DNA of 64,000 nucleotides from a virus, in IMG/VR virus record IMGVR_UViG_3300031519_004866; one strand, given 5' to 3'. Within the stretch, counting starts at the first letter, position 1. Each line of letters begins with the position of its first letter. Below the pieces are notes generated by a model. That model ran no database searches, was not told the origin of the DNA, and saw only the letters and a program-made list of their open reading frames with translations. Both the position numbers and the translations under genes were made by a program. Below, in pieces: positions 19,163 to 27,694 of this stretch.

Positions 19163-19645
19163 TTAATCTTCCTTGTATGTTTCTCTGCGTGTATGATATG
19201 GTGTATAGATTGCACTGTTTGCACCGTGTTCTGCACACTCTGCCGACTCACACCAACAACGATTGTTAGTTGCTTCACGTATAAGTTTATCTGCAAATTG
19301 CCATGCATGTTCTGCAAACTTCTCTGCACCTACACCATCAAATACTCTAATCTCTGCTAAGCCTTTAGCTTCAAGATCCATAAATGTTTCCATGTGTGGA
19401 TCTTTAACATCAATTGCTGTTTTGTGATCGAAATGATCTTCTAACCAAGCCTTCAAAGGTTTTAATCCTCCAAAGTCAACTGCCCAGTTCTTATTGTCTA
19501 AATCACTGCAACCAAATACAAACTTAAATTGTAAGCTGTATCCGTGTAGTAAATGACAATGCGAATGATCAGCATTAGGTTGTCTAAACACAGCACTCAA
19601 CCCAATGTTGTGTCCGTATGTTTTTGTTGAAAAATATTGTCCCAT
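19163..19645 (-). CDS. queD: 6-pyruvoyl tetrahydropterin synthase / QueD family
   Basis: HC.LLHGY, VDFGGLK, FDH, AE.FA, E...N.A motifs. Confidence 0.88.
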   Translation of the reverse strand: MGQYFSTKTYGHNIGLSAVFRQPNADHSHCHLLHGYSLQFKFVFGCSDLDNKNWAVDFGGLKPLKAWLEDHFDHKTAIDVKDPHMETFMDLEAKGLAEIRVFDGVGAEKFAEHAWQFADKLIREATNNRCWCESAECAEHGANSAIYTPYHTRRETYKED

Positions 19646-19653
19646 AATTGTAA

Positions 19654-19692
19654 CTCCTATATATGGGCGGCAGAATTAGAAGGGTTGACGCC
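19654..19692 (-). ncRNA. Candidate cis-regulatory pseudoknot in queD 5' leader
   Basis: GGCGUCA/UGCCGCC stem (one U-C mismatch); loop CUUCUA complementary to SD UAGGAG. Confidence 0.4.
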
Positions 19693-19720
19693 AAGACCTT
19701 TTGTTAATATAATAATACTA

Positions 19721-19748
19721 ATTATACACGATCTTGTGCAGAAGTCAA
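19721..19748 (-). promoter_or_regulatory. Sigma70-type promoter for queD-kdsA-GT operon
   Basis: TTGACT-N16-TATAAT. Confidence 0.6.
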
Positions 19749-20353
19749 GATATTGATTTAAAAAATTGTTCAAAACGCACATTAGGCTTTTTCCACTGTG
19801 CTGGAAAGTCCCATTCGTGCATGTTTTTTATAATAAATTGTTTGTTAGGAAAGTGTTTAAAAATTAATCCAATTTGTCTAACCCAAAACGAAGGATCAAT
19901 TGGATGTGAATGTTCATCTGAATAGTTGTCTGTGCCTTTGTACAAGTTATTAACTTTCTCGTTTATTCCGTATAAATCAAATCCTAATAGAGTTATTTCG
20001 TCACTCTCTAAGTTTGCAGCAACTAACACTGCATACGGTCCACTGCCCCAGTTAATAGGTTGATTTTGTTTTTGTTCGTCGGTGTAAGGAAGTTCAGGCA
20101 CTGCATGAATACGTTTATCTTTTCTAACTTTACGAAAGTACTGATAGTTTTCTTCACGAACATATATCTTTGTGTCCGTTGTGTTCAACCCCTCAGTGGA
20201 TTCGTGTACCATGCGTCGATCACAACAGACAAGATGTTCAACCGTCATATCTCTATGTACAGCGTTACATCCTACTAATGTGTATTTTGGAAATAGTTGT
20301 GGTAAATCTAAGCCTTTTCGACTCTCTCCATTACCTAATACTAACGTTGGCAC
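19745..20353 (-). CDS. Rossmann-like protein resembling GT42/CstII sialyltransferase (or DUF115/MptE-like)
   Basis: LVLGNGESR...VGCN and WGSGPYAVLVAA...ITLLGFDLY parallel CstII IIAGNGPS...RCN and TSGVYM..A...IYLSGIDFY; GTG start. Confidence 0.55.
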   Translation of the reverse strand: MPTLVLGNGESRKGLDLPQLFPKYTLVGCNAVHRDMTVEHLVCCDRRMVHESTEGLNTTDTKIYVREENYQYFRKVRKDKRIHAVPELPYTDEQKQNQPINWGSGPYAVLVAANLESDEITLLGFDLYGINEKVNNLYKGTDNYSDEHSHPIDPSFWVRQIGLIFKHFPNKQFIIKNMHEWDFPAQWKKPNVRFEQFFKSIS

Positions 20354-20356
20354 AAG

Positions 20357-21166
20357 CTATCGAATTTCTCCAAATGGTGCCCATATACCTGGGTTACCTG
20401 CTTGGATACATACCCAACCAATGTATGATTTTTGTCTTGCTTTAGTGTTCCAACAAATATCACCTTGATTGTAATTTCCACCTTGCGGTGCTTCTGTGCC
20501 GTTAATGTGTAATGCGTTGTTAAATTTAATTGGACCTCTAACATGTAGGTCAACCTGTGCATCAGGATTTGAAACACCTACTGCTAACTTACCAGCAATT
20601 TTTGCATCGTTTGTAATTTTAACATTGCCACCTGCTTCTACAACAATTCTATCTTGATTATCAGTTTTGATGTGTAAAGCATGACTACCGTATGTACCAA
20701 GATATGCTTTTGATGCATCTTCTGCACCTAATACAATTTCAATACCATCTTCAGCAATACTAACTTGGCCATTTGGTTGATCAGTACCAATACCTAATCT
20801 ATCAGATCCAGCATCGTAGTAAACATACTGGTTAATAGACATCGAACCGTCTACAATCAACCCACGTAATCTACCTAATGTTTTAAGGTTACTTTCAGTA
20901 ACACTGCTACCTAGTGCGCTTTGTGTTAATACGTCAAGTCCACCTACTTTGAATCCTTTGTTTTTAGCAACGTCTACATTCTCAGTTGAAAAGATATTAT
21001 CCTCCATCAACACAAGTTGTTTAGTGTAGTCGCTGCCAGCCCAAAATATGCCTTTGCCGTTAACATCGGTTTTAAACATTACTGACTGATTTGTAGCCCA
21101 GCCACCATCGTTTGTGAGTGCTGATTCTAAGTCTAAGAGTGCTTGATTAAGTTTTGTCTGATCCAT
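20357..21166 (-). CDS. Hypothetical protein, probably virion-associated fibre-like
   Basis: Repeated R(L/I)GIGT/AVGVSNP fibre-type motifs, C-terminal W.C...G.PG.W; late-type promoter. Confidence 0.6.
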   Translation of the reverse strand: MDQTKLNQALLDLESALTNDGGWATNQSVMFKTDVNGKGIFWAGSDYTKQLVLMEDNIFSTENVDVAKNKGFKVGGLDVLTQSALGSSVTESNLKTLGRLRGLIVDGSMSINQYVYYDAGSDRLGIGTDQPNGQVSIAEDGIEIVLGAEDASKAYLGTYGSHALHIKTDNQDRIVVEAGGNVKITNDAKIAGKLAVGVSNPDAQVDLHVRGPIKFNNALHINGTEAPQGGNYNQGDICWNTKARQKSYIGWVCIQAGNPGIWAPFGEIR

Positions 21167-21171
21167 ACTAC

Positions 21172-21177
21172 TATTTA
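21172..21177 (-). promoter_or_regulatory. Late-type promoter, leaderless (TAAATA-N5-ATG)
   Basis: TAAATA gtagt ATG(21166), no SD. Confidence 0.65.
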
Positions 21178-21204
21178 TTCCTTTACGCAGAAAAGCTGTT
21201 TTCG

Positions 21205-22506
21205 CTATTGTACTTTCAATAATATTATATCATTATTTATGCGTCCGTTTAGCTTAATATCAACCGCTTTAATATCATCTAAGAACGTTCGCAGTTTAAC
21301 TTTACCGGATGTCTTAAACTCTTTAAGTTGTTCTTCAGGTTTACGTAAGGTCTTCTGAATACTTTCAGTTTCTTTAAACCCAGTAATAGTTGTACCTTTT
21401 ACACTAAGTCCACTACCTTCTCGACCTGCACCTAGCGGATCGATGATATCAGCAACATACTTGCCAATTTTACGTGTTTTAGTATTAAACACCCAAAGCT
21501 CGTTAGCTTTGATAATATCTTCTGGATTGATACTAGCTAATTGATACTTGTCATCAGTCTTAGCATATTTCATCTTAGCAACAAGTTTATCTGCACTGTA
21601 CACTTTACGCTTACGAGGCTTACGTGTTGCTTTACTAGATTCAATAATAACATCACATGCGCCTACTAGTCGATCTAATGCTGCAATAAACTTCTTAGCA
21701 TCAGCTTTGTTAACATGTGCATATGCTTCTTGCAATTGTGCTGCATGATCGTGATCCATTTCAGTTGCCTTCTTAGACAACTTAGTCGGTGAAACATATT
21801 CTTTCATTTCATCAAGTTCGGGCTGATACATCGATGCTATCATCCTTGCATGAGCTTGAGTAATTTTCATTACTGCAAAATGTCTTGCAAAGTCAAACTT
21901 CTTTGGATCAAACTTCTTTGGATCGTCACAAAAGTCGTCCAACCACAGGTCAAACTTTTCACACGCTGCAACAGACTGCTCTCGAATACGTTCTTGAATA
22001 GTAAGAACACGCACATTGCTTTTTGCTTTTTCTTCAGCTACCTTTTCTTCAATTTTGTCTTTGCCTTGTTCAATAGCATTATAGATTCTTTTTTCTAAAA
22101 ATTCAATTGATGATTTTAAATGCCCACTTGTACCAGCTAATGATAACCAATGTTCTGCTTCTACAGTACAATCCCTAGGTGCGCCAAGCATGTCCATCCT
22201 AGCAACAATAGCAGCCGTAACACTTAATGCTGATTTAGGAGCATTTTTTGCCCACTTAATCTGTTCTTCAGTATACGTACCTTGAGTTTTCATCCATTCG
22301 TAAACATACCCATACAAATCGTCAGGTTTGAAGTTTTCGTAGTACCAAGTTGAAGTGTGTCTACGAAACTTATGAACTTCTTCACCAGTCCATTCTTCGT
22401 ATCCTTCCCAACTAGGTTCCTTTAGCTTTGCTCCACGCATAATGCGAGGTGCCGAACGAACGGTTTTCTTTTTAGGTTTAGCTGCTGCTTTGTTAGCCCT
22501 GGCCAT
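21205..22506 (-). CDS. Hypothetical phage protein (433 aa, basic N-terminus)
   Basis: Long ORF, SD GGAG, own sigma70 promoter. Confidence 0.85.
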   Translation of the reverse strand: MARANKAAAKPKKKTVRSAPRIMRGAKLKEPSWEGYEEWTGEEVHKFRRHTSTWYYENFKPDDLYGYVYEWMKTQGTYTEEQIKWAKNAPKSALSVTAAIVARMDMLGAPRDCTVEAEHWLSLAGTSGHLKSSIEFLEKRIYNAIEQGKDKIEEKVAEEKAKSNVRVLTIQERIREQSVAACEKFDLWLDDFCDDPKKFDPKKFDFARHFAVMKITQAHARMIASMYQPELDEMKEYVSPTKLSKKATEMDHDHAAQLQEAYAHVNKADAKKFIAALDRLVGACDVIIESSKATRKPRKRKVYSADKLVAKMKYAKTDDKYQLASINPEDIIKANELWVFNTKTRKIGKYVADIIDPLGAGREGSGLSVKGTTITGFKETESIQKTLRKPEEQLKEFKTSGKVKLRTFLDDIKAVDIKLNGRINNDIILLKVQ

Positions 22507-22538
22507 TTTCTGCTCCTGTATATCCTGTAGAAAAATTA

Positions 22539-22567
22539 ACTATACGCTGATATATATCATTTGTCAA
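22539..22567 (-). promoter_or_regulatory. Sigma70-type early promoter
   Basis: TTGACA-N17-TATAGT upstream of 22506. Confidence 0.75.
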
Positions 22568-22581
22568 GAGATTTTTTCTCT

Positions 22582-23268
22582 TTACGATTTAATTGTGTCC
22601 ATCAACGGAAAGATTTCTGCGATTACTTTAGCACAAGCATGGGCAATTTCCATGTGTTCTTTTTGAGTGCCATTGGCTCCACGTAGGTCAATATAATGTA
22701 CCCAACTACGAATACTACCTTGCATATACAAACGTGACTTAGTTAAGCCTTCTGGCAAAACTTTACGAGCTTGTTCTTTAGCAATACCATTTTCAATTGC
22801 CCAGTCATATGCATCTTTTGCGGCATCAATTACTCTTTGTTGTTTATTTTTCCAAGTGCCTTGGAGAATAGCATGTCCATCACTTTCAGGATCTAAGTCA
22901 ACAGAGTTCTGCCTGTTCTTAGGATCTTGCAAACGTGCTTCACTTATTACAAACTGATCACCCATACTTGCTGGATCAGCATACCGTTGACTAAATTCTT
23001 GAAACGCAAAACTACGATGTCGAACAACCTGGTGTGCAATATCTCGAGTGGTATCAATTTCCAATGTGGCGTTAACCATTTCGAGTGGTGACCAATGTTG
23101 GTGTTTAATCAAATACTTAATTAAGCGTTCGCTAGTTTCCATATTGATTTGTGCTGTAGGATTTGAAACCTTTGCACAAAATGCAATAAGTTCCTGTAGA
23201 TCTGTTAAACCTTCTGCTTCAAAATCATCCGTTGCTTTTGAATAGCATACTAGACGTACTGCTGTCAT
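22582..23268 (-). CDS. thyX: FAD-dependent thymidylate synthase
   Basis: HWSPLE, RDIAHQVVRHRSFAFQEFSQRY, EQAR.VLP, LR....TQ.EH. Confidence 0.96.
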   Translation of the reverse strand: MTAVRLVCYSKATDDFEAEGLTDLQELIAFCAKVSNPTAQINMETSERLIKYLIKHQHWSPLEMVNATLEIDTTRDIAHQVVRHRSFAFQEFSQRYADPASMGDQFVISEARLQDPKNRQNSVDLDPESDGHAILQGTWKNKQQRVIDAAKDAYDWAIENGIAKEQARKVLPEGLTKSRLYMQGSIRSWVHYIDLRGANGTQKEHMEIAHACAKVIAEIFPLMDTIKS

Positions 23269-23290
23269 TTACTTTTCCTTTATGTGTAGA

Positions 23291-23317
23291 TAAAATGTAG
23301 GGCGCAAAGGCCCTACA
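23291..23317 (-). terminator. Rho-independent terminator after Hc1-like gene
   Basis: TGTAGGGC-ctttgc-GCCCTACA followed by TTTTAT on minus strand. Confidence 0.8.
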
Positions 23318-23330
23318 CGTTTATGGGTGG

Positions 23331-23525
23331 TTACTGTCCTAATGCTGTATCTTTCCGTGCATTTTTTGTGTCAGTAATTTCTTTTCTAATTTCTTTAGCT
23401 GCCTTAGTGATTTCTTGTAGTGCCTTGCGAGCTCTTGTACCAGCTGCGCCGTTGCCTGCTTCAAATTTTACGTTCTCTTCCAAAAACGCCTCAAAGTTTG
23501 TTTTGAGGTTTTCTAAATTACTCAT
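23331..23525 (-). CDS. Histone H1-like Hc1-family small DNA-binding protein (64 aa)
   Basis: F..GN.AAG.RARKALQEI.K.AKE.RKEI motif; start revised to 23525 (SD AAGGA). Confidence 0.75.
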   Translation of the reverse strand: MSNLENLKTNFEAFLEENVKFEAGNGAAGTRARKALQEITKAAKEIRKEITDTKNARKDTALGQ

Positions 23526-23570
23526 ACTATTTTTCCTTTTAAAATGCGGCATTCGTTTGCTGCATGTTCT

Positions 23571-23599
23571 ATTATATAAGCCTAGACTGTGTTTGTCAA
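23571..23599 (-). promoter_or_regulatory. Consensus sigma70 promoter for Hc1-like gene
   Basis: TTGACA-N17-TATAAT, perfect match. Confidence 0.85.
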
Positions 23600-23626
23600 G
23601 CATTAAAGTGGTTAAATACGTATATA

Positions 23627-24607
23627 ATGAATGATTTTACTTTAATACCGTTTCACAATATTGTTAAGTTTGGGCAAAAGACCATGCTTGACCAGCCATT
23701 GTTTAATGTTAGCTGGATATTAGGCCGCTTTTGTAATTACAGTTGTAGCTACTGTTGGCCGTATGCAAACACAAATGTACCGGATCATCAGGAGTTTGAA
23801 ATATATACTAATGCGCTTGATGAGATAAAACGTCAGGCTAGAGATAATGGCTTTACAGAATTCCACTTTAGCTTTAGTGGTGGTGAGCCTACTGCGTATA
23901 AGAAGTTTGGTGATTTAATAGAACACTATGCCAACGATGATGATGCTAAGTATCTAAGTTTGCATCTAACAACGAATTTAAGTCCAGGTAGTAAATGGTG
24001 GAACAGATTTATTGATGCTACACAGCATTTACACCGTCGAAGTATTACTGCAAGTTATCATGCAGAGTTTGCTAATGAACAAGAGTTTGGAGATAAATGT
24101 CTTCAGCTTATGAAAGGAGGAGTTTATGTTACGATCAATCAAGTTATGGTTCCTGAAATGTTTGAGGAACTTTACGAACGCCTGGAACGATTTGCCACCA
24201 GAGGTATCAATGTCACTCTCAAACCCCAATCTGACCCCACCGCATCTTTCGTTGTACATGGATACACTGAAGAACAAATCACAAGAATGCAAAGAGGATT
24301 CCCACAGCACTGGAAAGAAAAAGAAGTAATGCAAATGTACATGGAAGATGCCAAAGGCAACGACTATGGGTTGGACCAAGCTGAACGCATGAACGCTTTT
24401 GGATTTAATAAATTTAAAGATTGGACATGTAACGCAGGATATCAAAGCTGCATTATAAGCGGTGATACTGTCAAGAGAGCATATAGTTGTAGCGATAAAC
24501 CATTAGGTACGCTACAGGGCGGTTTTACGCTGTTTAAGACACCAACTAAATGTATTACCGATACATGTGTAAGTAGTGCAGACAGTAAGATACCAAAGGT
24601 AAAGTAA
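23627..24607 (+). CDS. Radical SAM protein 1 (C-terminal Twitch/SPASM-like)
   Basis: CNYSCSYC, SFSGGEPT, C-terminal C..G...C...C.....C; start revised from 23564; TAAATA at 23613-23618. Confidence 0.9.
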   Translation: MNDFTLIPFHNIVKFGQKTMLDQPLFNVSWILGRFCNYSCSYCWPYANTNVPDHQEFEIYTNALDEIKRQARDNGFTEFHFSFSGGEPTAYKKFGDLIEHYANDDDAKYLSLHLTTNLSPGSKWWNRFIDATQHLHRRSITASYHAEFANEQEFGDKCLQLMKGGVYVTINQVMVPEMFEELYERLERFATRGINVTLKPQSDPTASFVVHGYTEEQITRMQRGFPQHWKEKEVMQMYMEDAKGNDYGLDQAERMNAFGFNKFKDWTCNAGYQSCIISGDTVKRAYSCSDKPLGTLQGGFTLFKTPTKCITDTCVSSADSKIPKVK

Positions 24608-25209
24608 TGAAGATTGATATTCAAGATATAAAGTTTTGGATGGACGCTATTCGCAACAGCGAAGATAGAGACCGTACACTTGAAAGTTTTTGGGGAGGCC
24701 AGTTAAAATCAAAAACTTGGTTAATTGAAACTTTAGAAAAGTCTAATCATGTTGCCAATGCTGAAGTAGTTATATTTGGTGGATGGAATGGAGTGTTAGC
24801 TAACATGCTGTTTAATAGTAGCATAGGGTTTAAACATATTACAAGTGTAGACATTGATCCTGTATGCGAAACCGTTGCATTGACAATTAACAAACGTCAA
24901 GAAATGGAAGGACGTTTTATAGCAGTAACATCAGATATGTGTGATTACGAATATACAAATAAACCTTATTTTGTTATTAATACAAGTTGCGAACATATTA
25001 GTCAACAACAATATAATAAATGGTTAAGTAATGTTCCAGAAGGCTCGAAGATAATATTACAATCAAATAACTATTTTGACCTTGAAGAACATGTTAACTG
25101 TAGTGCATCATTAGAAGAATTTGCAAGAAAGTCTAAGTTAAAAGTATTACACTCAGCTGAATTAGAATTACCTAAGTACAAAAGATTTATGATTATAGGA
25201 AACCTTTAA
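24607..25209 (+). CDS. Class I SAM-dependent methyltransferase-like protein
   Basis: VIFGGWNG, SVDID, INTSCEH motifs; TAATG coupling. Confidence 0.7.
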   Translation: MKIDIQDIKFWMDAIRNSEDRDRTLESFWGGQLKSKTWLIETLEKSNHVANAEVVIFGGWNGVLANMLFNSSIGFKHITSVDIDPVCETVALTINKRQEMEGRFIAVTSDMCDYEYTNKPYFVINTSCEHISQQQYNKWLSNVPEGSKIILQSNNYFDLEEHVNCSASLEEFARKSKLKVLHSAELELPKYKRFMIIGNL

Positions 25210-26291
25210 TGTTTGACTTTAATGATCTAAAAACTATTCACATTGAGCTAACAACAAACTGTCAAGCAAAATGTCCAATGTGTTCAAGAAACATACACAG
25301 CGGAGTAGAAAATCCGCTATTACGAATAGTACAATGGACATTGGACGATTTTAAAACTATTATTAACAAAGAAGTACTAGACACAATTAACCGTGCGTAC
25401 TTCTGTGGTAACTTTGGCGATCCATTACTAAATGACAGTCTTATTGATATGTGCAGATATGTAAAGGACACCAGTCCTAAGACAGCAATAGGTATACATA
25501 CAAACGGTAGTTTAAGGAATGCAAAATGGTGGTCAGATCTAGCAAAAGCATTACCAGAAGACCATTGCGTTTACTTTGCTCTTGACGGACTAGAAGACAC
25601 TCATAAATTATATAGAGTTGGCACAGATTGGAATCGTATTATTGAAAATGCAAAAACATTTATTGCAGCCGGAGGCCGTGCTAACTGGACATATATCAAA
25701 TTCAAACACAACGAGCACCAAGTTGATAAATGTAGACAAATTGCAAAAGATTTAGGCTTCCAAGATTTCACAGTTAAAAACACATCAAGATTTTTAGTTG
25801 AGCCTAAGTATGATGTATGGGATAAAAATAAAATTCCACTGTATAGTTTAGAAGCACCATCTGATACCGAAACACACTTTTTACCTAAAGAAGTTATTGA
25901 CAATTATAAATCAGTTTTAGACGAAGCAGAAATAGATTGTCATGTACAACAAATAAAAGAAATATACATTGATGGTTCTAAAACAGTATTACCATGTTGT
26001 TGGTTAGCACAAACTCCAATGACTCATTATGATCCTGCACATGTTTGCGAAGATGTTATAGATATGTTAAGAGGACAATATAGTAAAATGATAAGTGACT
26101 TTGGCGGTATAAGCAATCTTGATGCAACTAAAGGAATAAAAAATATTATTGACTCTGACGTTTGGCAAAACATATGGAAAAAGAAATGGAATGAAGATAA
26201 AATGCTAATGTGTGCAAGAACATGTGGTAAGTTTAAAACATTTAATATCTCACAACCACAAGATCAATTTATTGAAAGAGAAATGTTATGA
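25209..26291 (+). CDS. Radical SAM protein 2 (C-terminal SPASM/Twitch)
   Basis: CQAKCPMC, FCGNFGDP, HTNG, FALDG, PCCW, C.RTC. Confidence 0.9.
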   Translation: MFDFNDLKTIHIELTTNCQAKCPMCSRNIHSGVENPLLRIVQWTLDDFKTIINKEVLDTINRAYFCGNFGDPLLNDSLIDMCRYVKDTSPKTAIGIHTNGSLRNAKWWSDLAKALPEDHCVYFALDGLEDTHKLYRVGTDWNRIIENAKTFIAAGGRANWTYIKFKHNEHQVDKCRQIAKDLGFQDFTVKNTSRFLVEPKYDVWDKNKIPLYSLEAPSDTETHFLPKEVIDNYKSVLDEAEIDCHVQQIKEIYIDGSKTVLPCCWLAQTPMTHYDPAHVCEDVIDMLRGQYSKMISDFGGISNLDATKGIKNIIDSDVWQNIWKKKWNEDKMLMCARTCGKFKTFNISQPQDQFIEREML

Positions 26292-27694
26292 CAGATTGGC
26301 ACTACGATAAAGAAGATACTAGATTAGGCAAGTTTCAAAGAGAGCTTGAATCTGTTTCTAGTAGTACGTTTTGTGTACTTCCGTGGATACACATGGCAAC
26401 TAGGCCTAACGGTGATATGCGCTTATGTTGTACTGCTAATGCTAGTGGAGCTGGAGACGATCACGAAGTTGGTCTTGTAAAAATGGAAGATGGCAAACCT
26501 GCAAACTTTGGCAAACATACTCCAATGGAAGCATGGAATAACGATTACATGAAAAGTGTACGTACAACTATGCTTAAAGGAGAGATCCCTGCAAGTTGTA
26601 AAGGATGTTTCAAAGAAGAGTCACAAGGCATTGTTAGCAAACGTATATGGGAAAGTGCAACATGGAAAAATGATGAAGGTATTGATATACCAGAACTTAT
26701 TGCACAAACACAAGAAGACGGAACCGTGCCTGAACAATTAAAATATCTGGATCTAAGATTAGGACATACATGCAATATTAAGTGTGTAATGTGTAGCCCG
26801 CATGATTCAAGTAAGTGGGTTGCGGACCATAAAAAACTTATTCCTGTACTACAAGACCCAGAAGTTAAAAGACAAATGCAATGGGATAAGAAACTTTTTA
26901 ACAACAAATGGCACGAAAAAGATGCTTTTTGGCAAGAACTCAATGCGCAAATACCTTACCTTAAACAAGTATATTTTGCTGGAGGAGAGCCGTTAATGAT
27001 CAAAGAGCATAAACGCTTTCTTAAAGAAATTATTACACAGGGCTATGCTGACAAAATTTTAGTAAGGTACAACTCCAATGGTTTGCTAGTTGACAACGAG
27101 TTAATTGATATATGGAGTAAGTTTAAGAAAGTTAAATTTGCAGTAAGTATCGACTCGTATAAAGAGCGTGACGAATACATTAGATTTCCAACTAACTTTA
27201 AACAAGTTGAAAGCACATTACATTTACTAGATAACACTCCCGACAACATTCATGTTAGCATTGCAACAGCAGTACAAATATTCAATATAAAAACTATACC
27301 CGAATTTATTAAATGGAAAGTTAATAGTAATTTTAAAAAGATGAATGTTGGTTTGATTGATGGACATATTATGGGAGGCGGCCTTTTAAATGCACACTTA
27401 GTACACATACCAACATTTTTAAATATTACAATACTGCCTGAAAAAGACAAGCAAGAAGTACGTGAAAAGTTCGCTGAACTAAAACAATGGTTATGGAATA
27501 ACTTTACACAAGACGATGAGTTTTGGAAACACAATCCTAAAGGTTGGCGCCAATGGGAAGGGTTACTAAAGCACATGGATAGTTGTGATAACAGTCATAT
27601 GTTACCTGGCTTTAAAGAGTATGTAAATAAATTAGATGCAATCCGTGGCTTGAATGCCGCATCAGTATTTCCGGAGTTATCACATTTACTATGA
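26288..27694 (+). CDS. Radical SAM protein 3 (N-terminal Twitch-like domain)
   Basis: N-terminal FCVLPW...RLCC...C.GC; CNIKCVMC; FAGGEP; YNSNG. Confidence 0.92.
   Translation: MTDWHYDKEDTRLGKFQRELESVSSSTFCVLPWIHMATRPNGDMRLCCTANASGAGDDHEVGLVKMEDGKPANFGKHTPMEAWNNDYMKSVRTTMLKGEIPASCKGCFKEESQGIVSKRIWESATWKNDEGIDIPELIAQTQEDGTVPEQLKYLDLRLGHTCNIKCVMCSPHDSSKWVADHKKLIPVLQDPEVKRQMQWDKKLFNNKWHEKDAFWQELNAQIPYLKQVYFAGGEPLMIKEHKRFLKEIITQGYADKILVRYNSNGLLVDNELIDIWSKFKKVKFAVSIDSYKERDEYIRFPTNFKQVESTLHLLDNTPDNIHVSIATAVQIFNIKTIPEFIKWKVNSNFKKMNVGLIDGHIMGGGLLNAHLVHIPTFLNITILPEKDKQEVREKFAELKQWLWNNFTQDDEFWKHNPKGWRQWEGLLKHMDSCDNSHMLPGFKEYVNKLDAIRGLNAASVFPELSHLL

Noticed and set aside
23564-23626. N-terminal extension of radical SAM 1 and of the Hc1-like ORF (to 23603)
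   Set aside because: Extensions overlap the promoter region; internal ATGs at 23627 and 23525 fit promoter and SD positions
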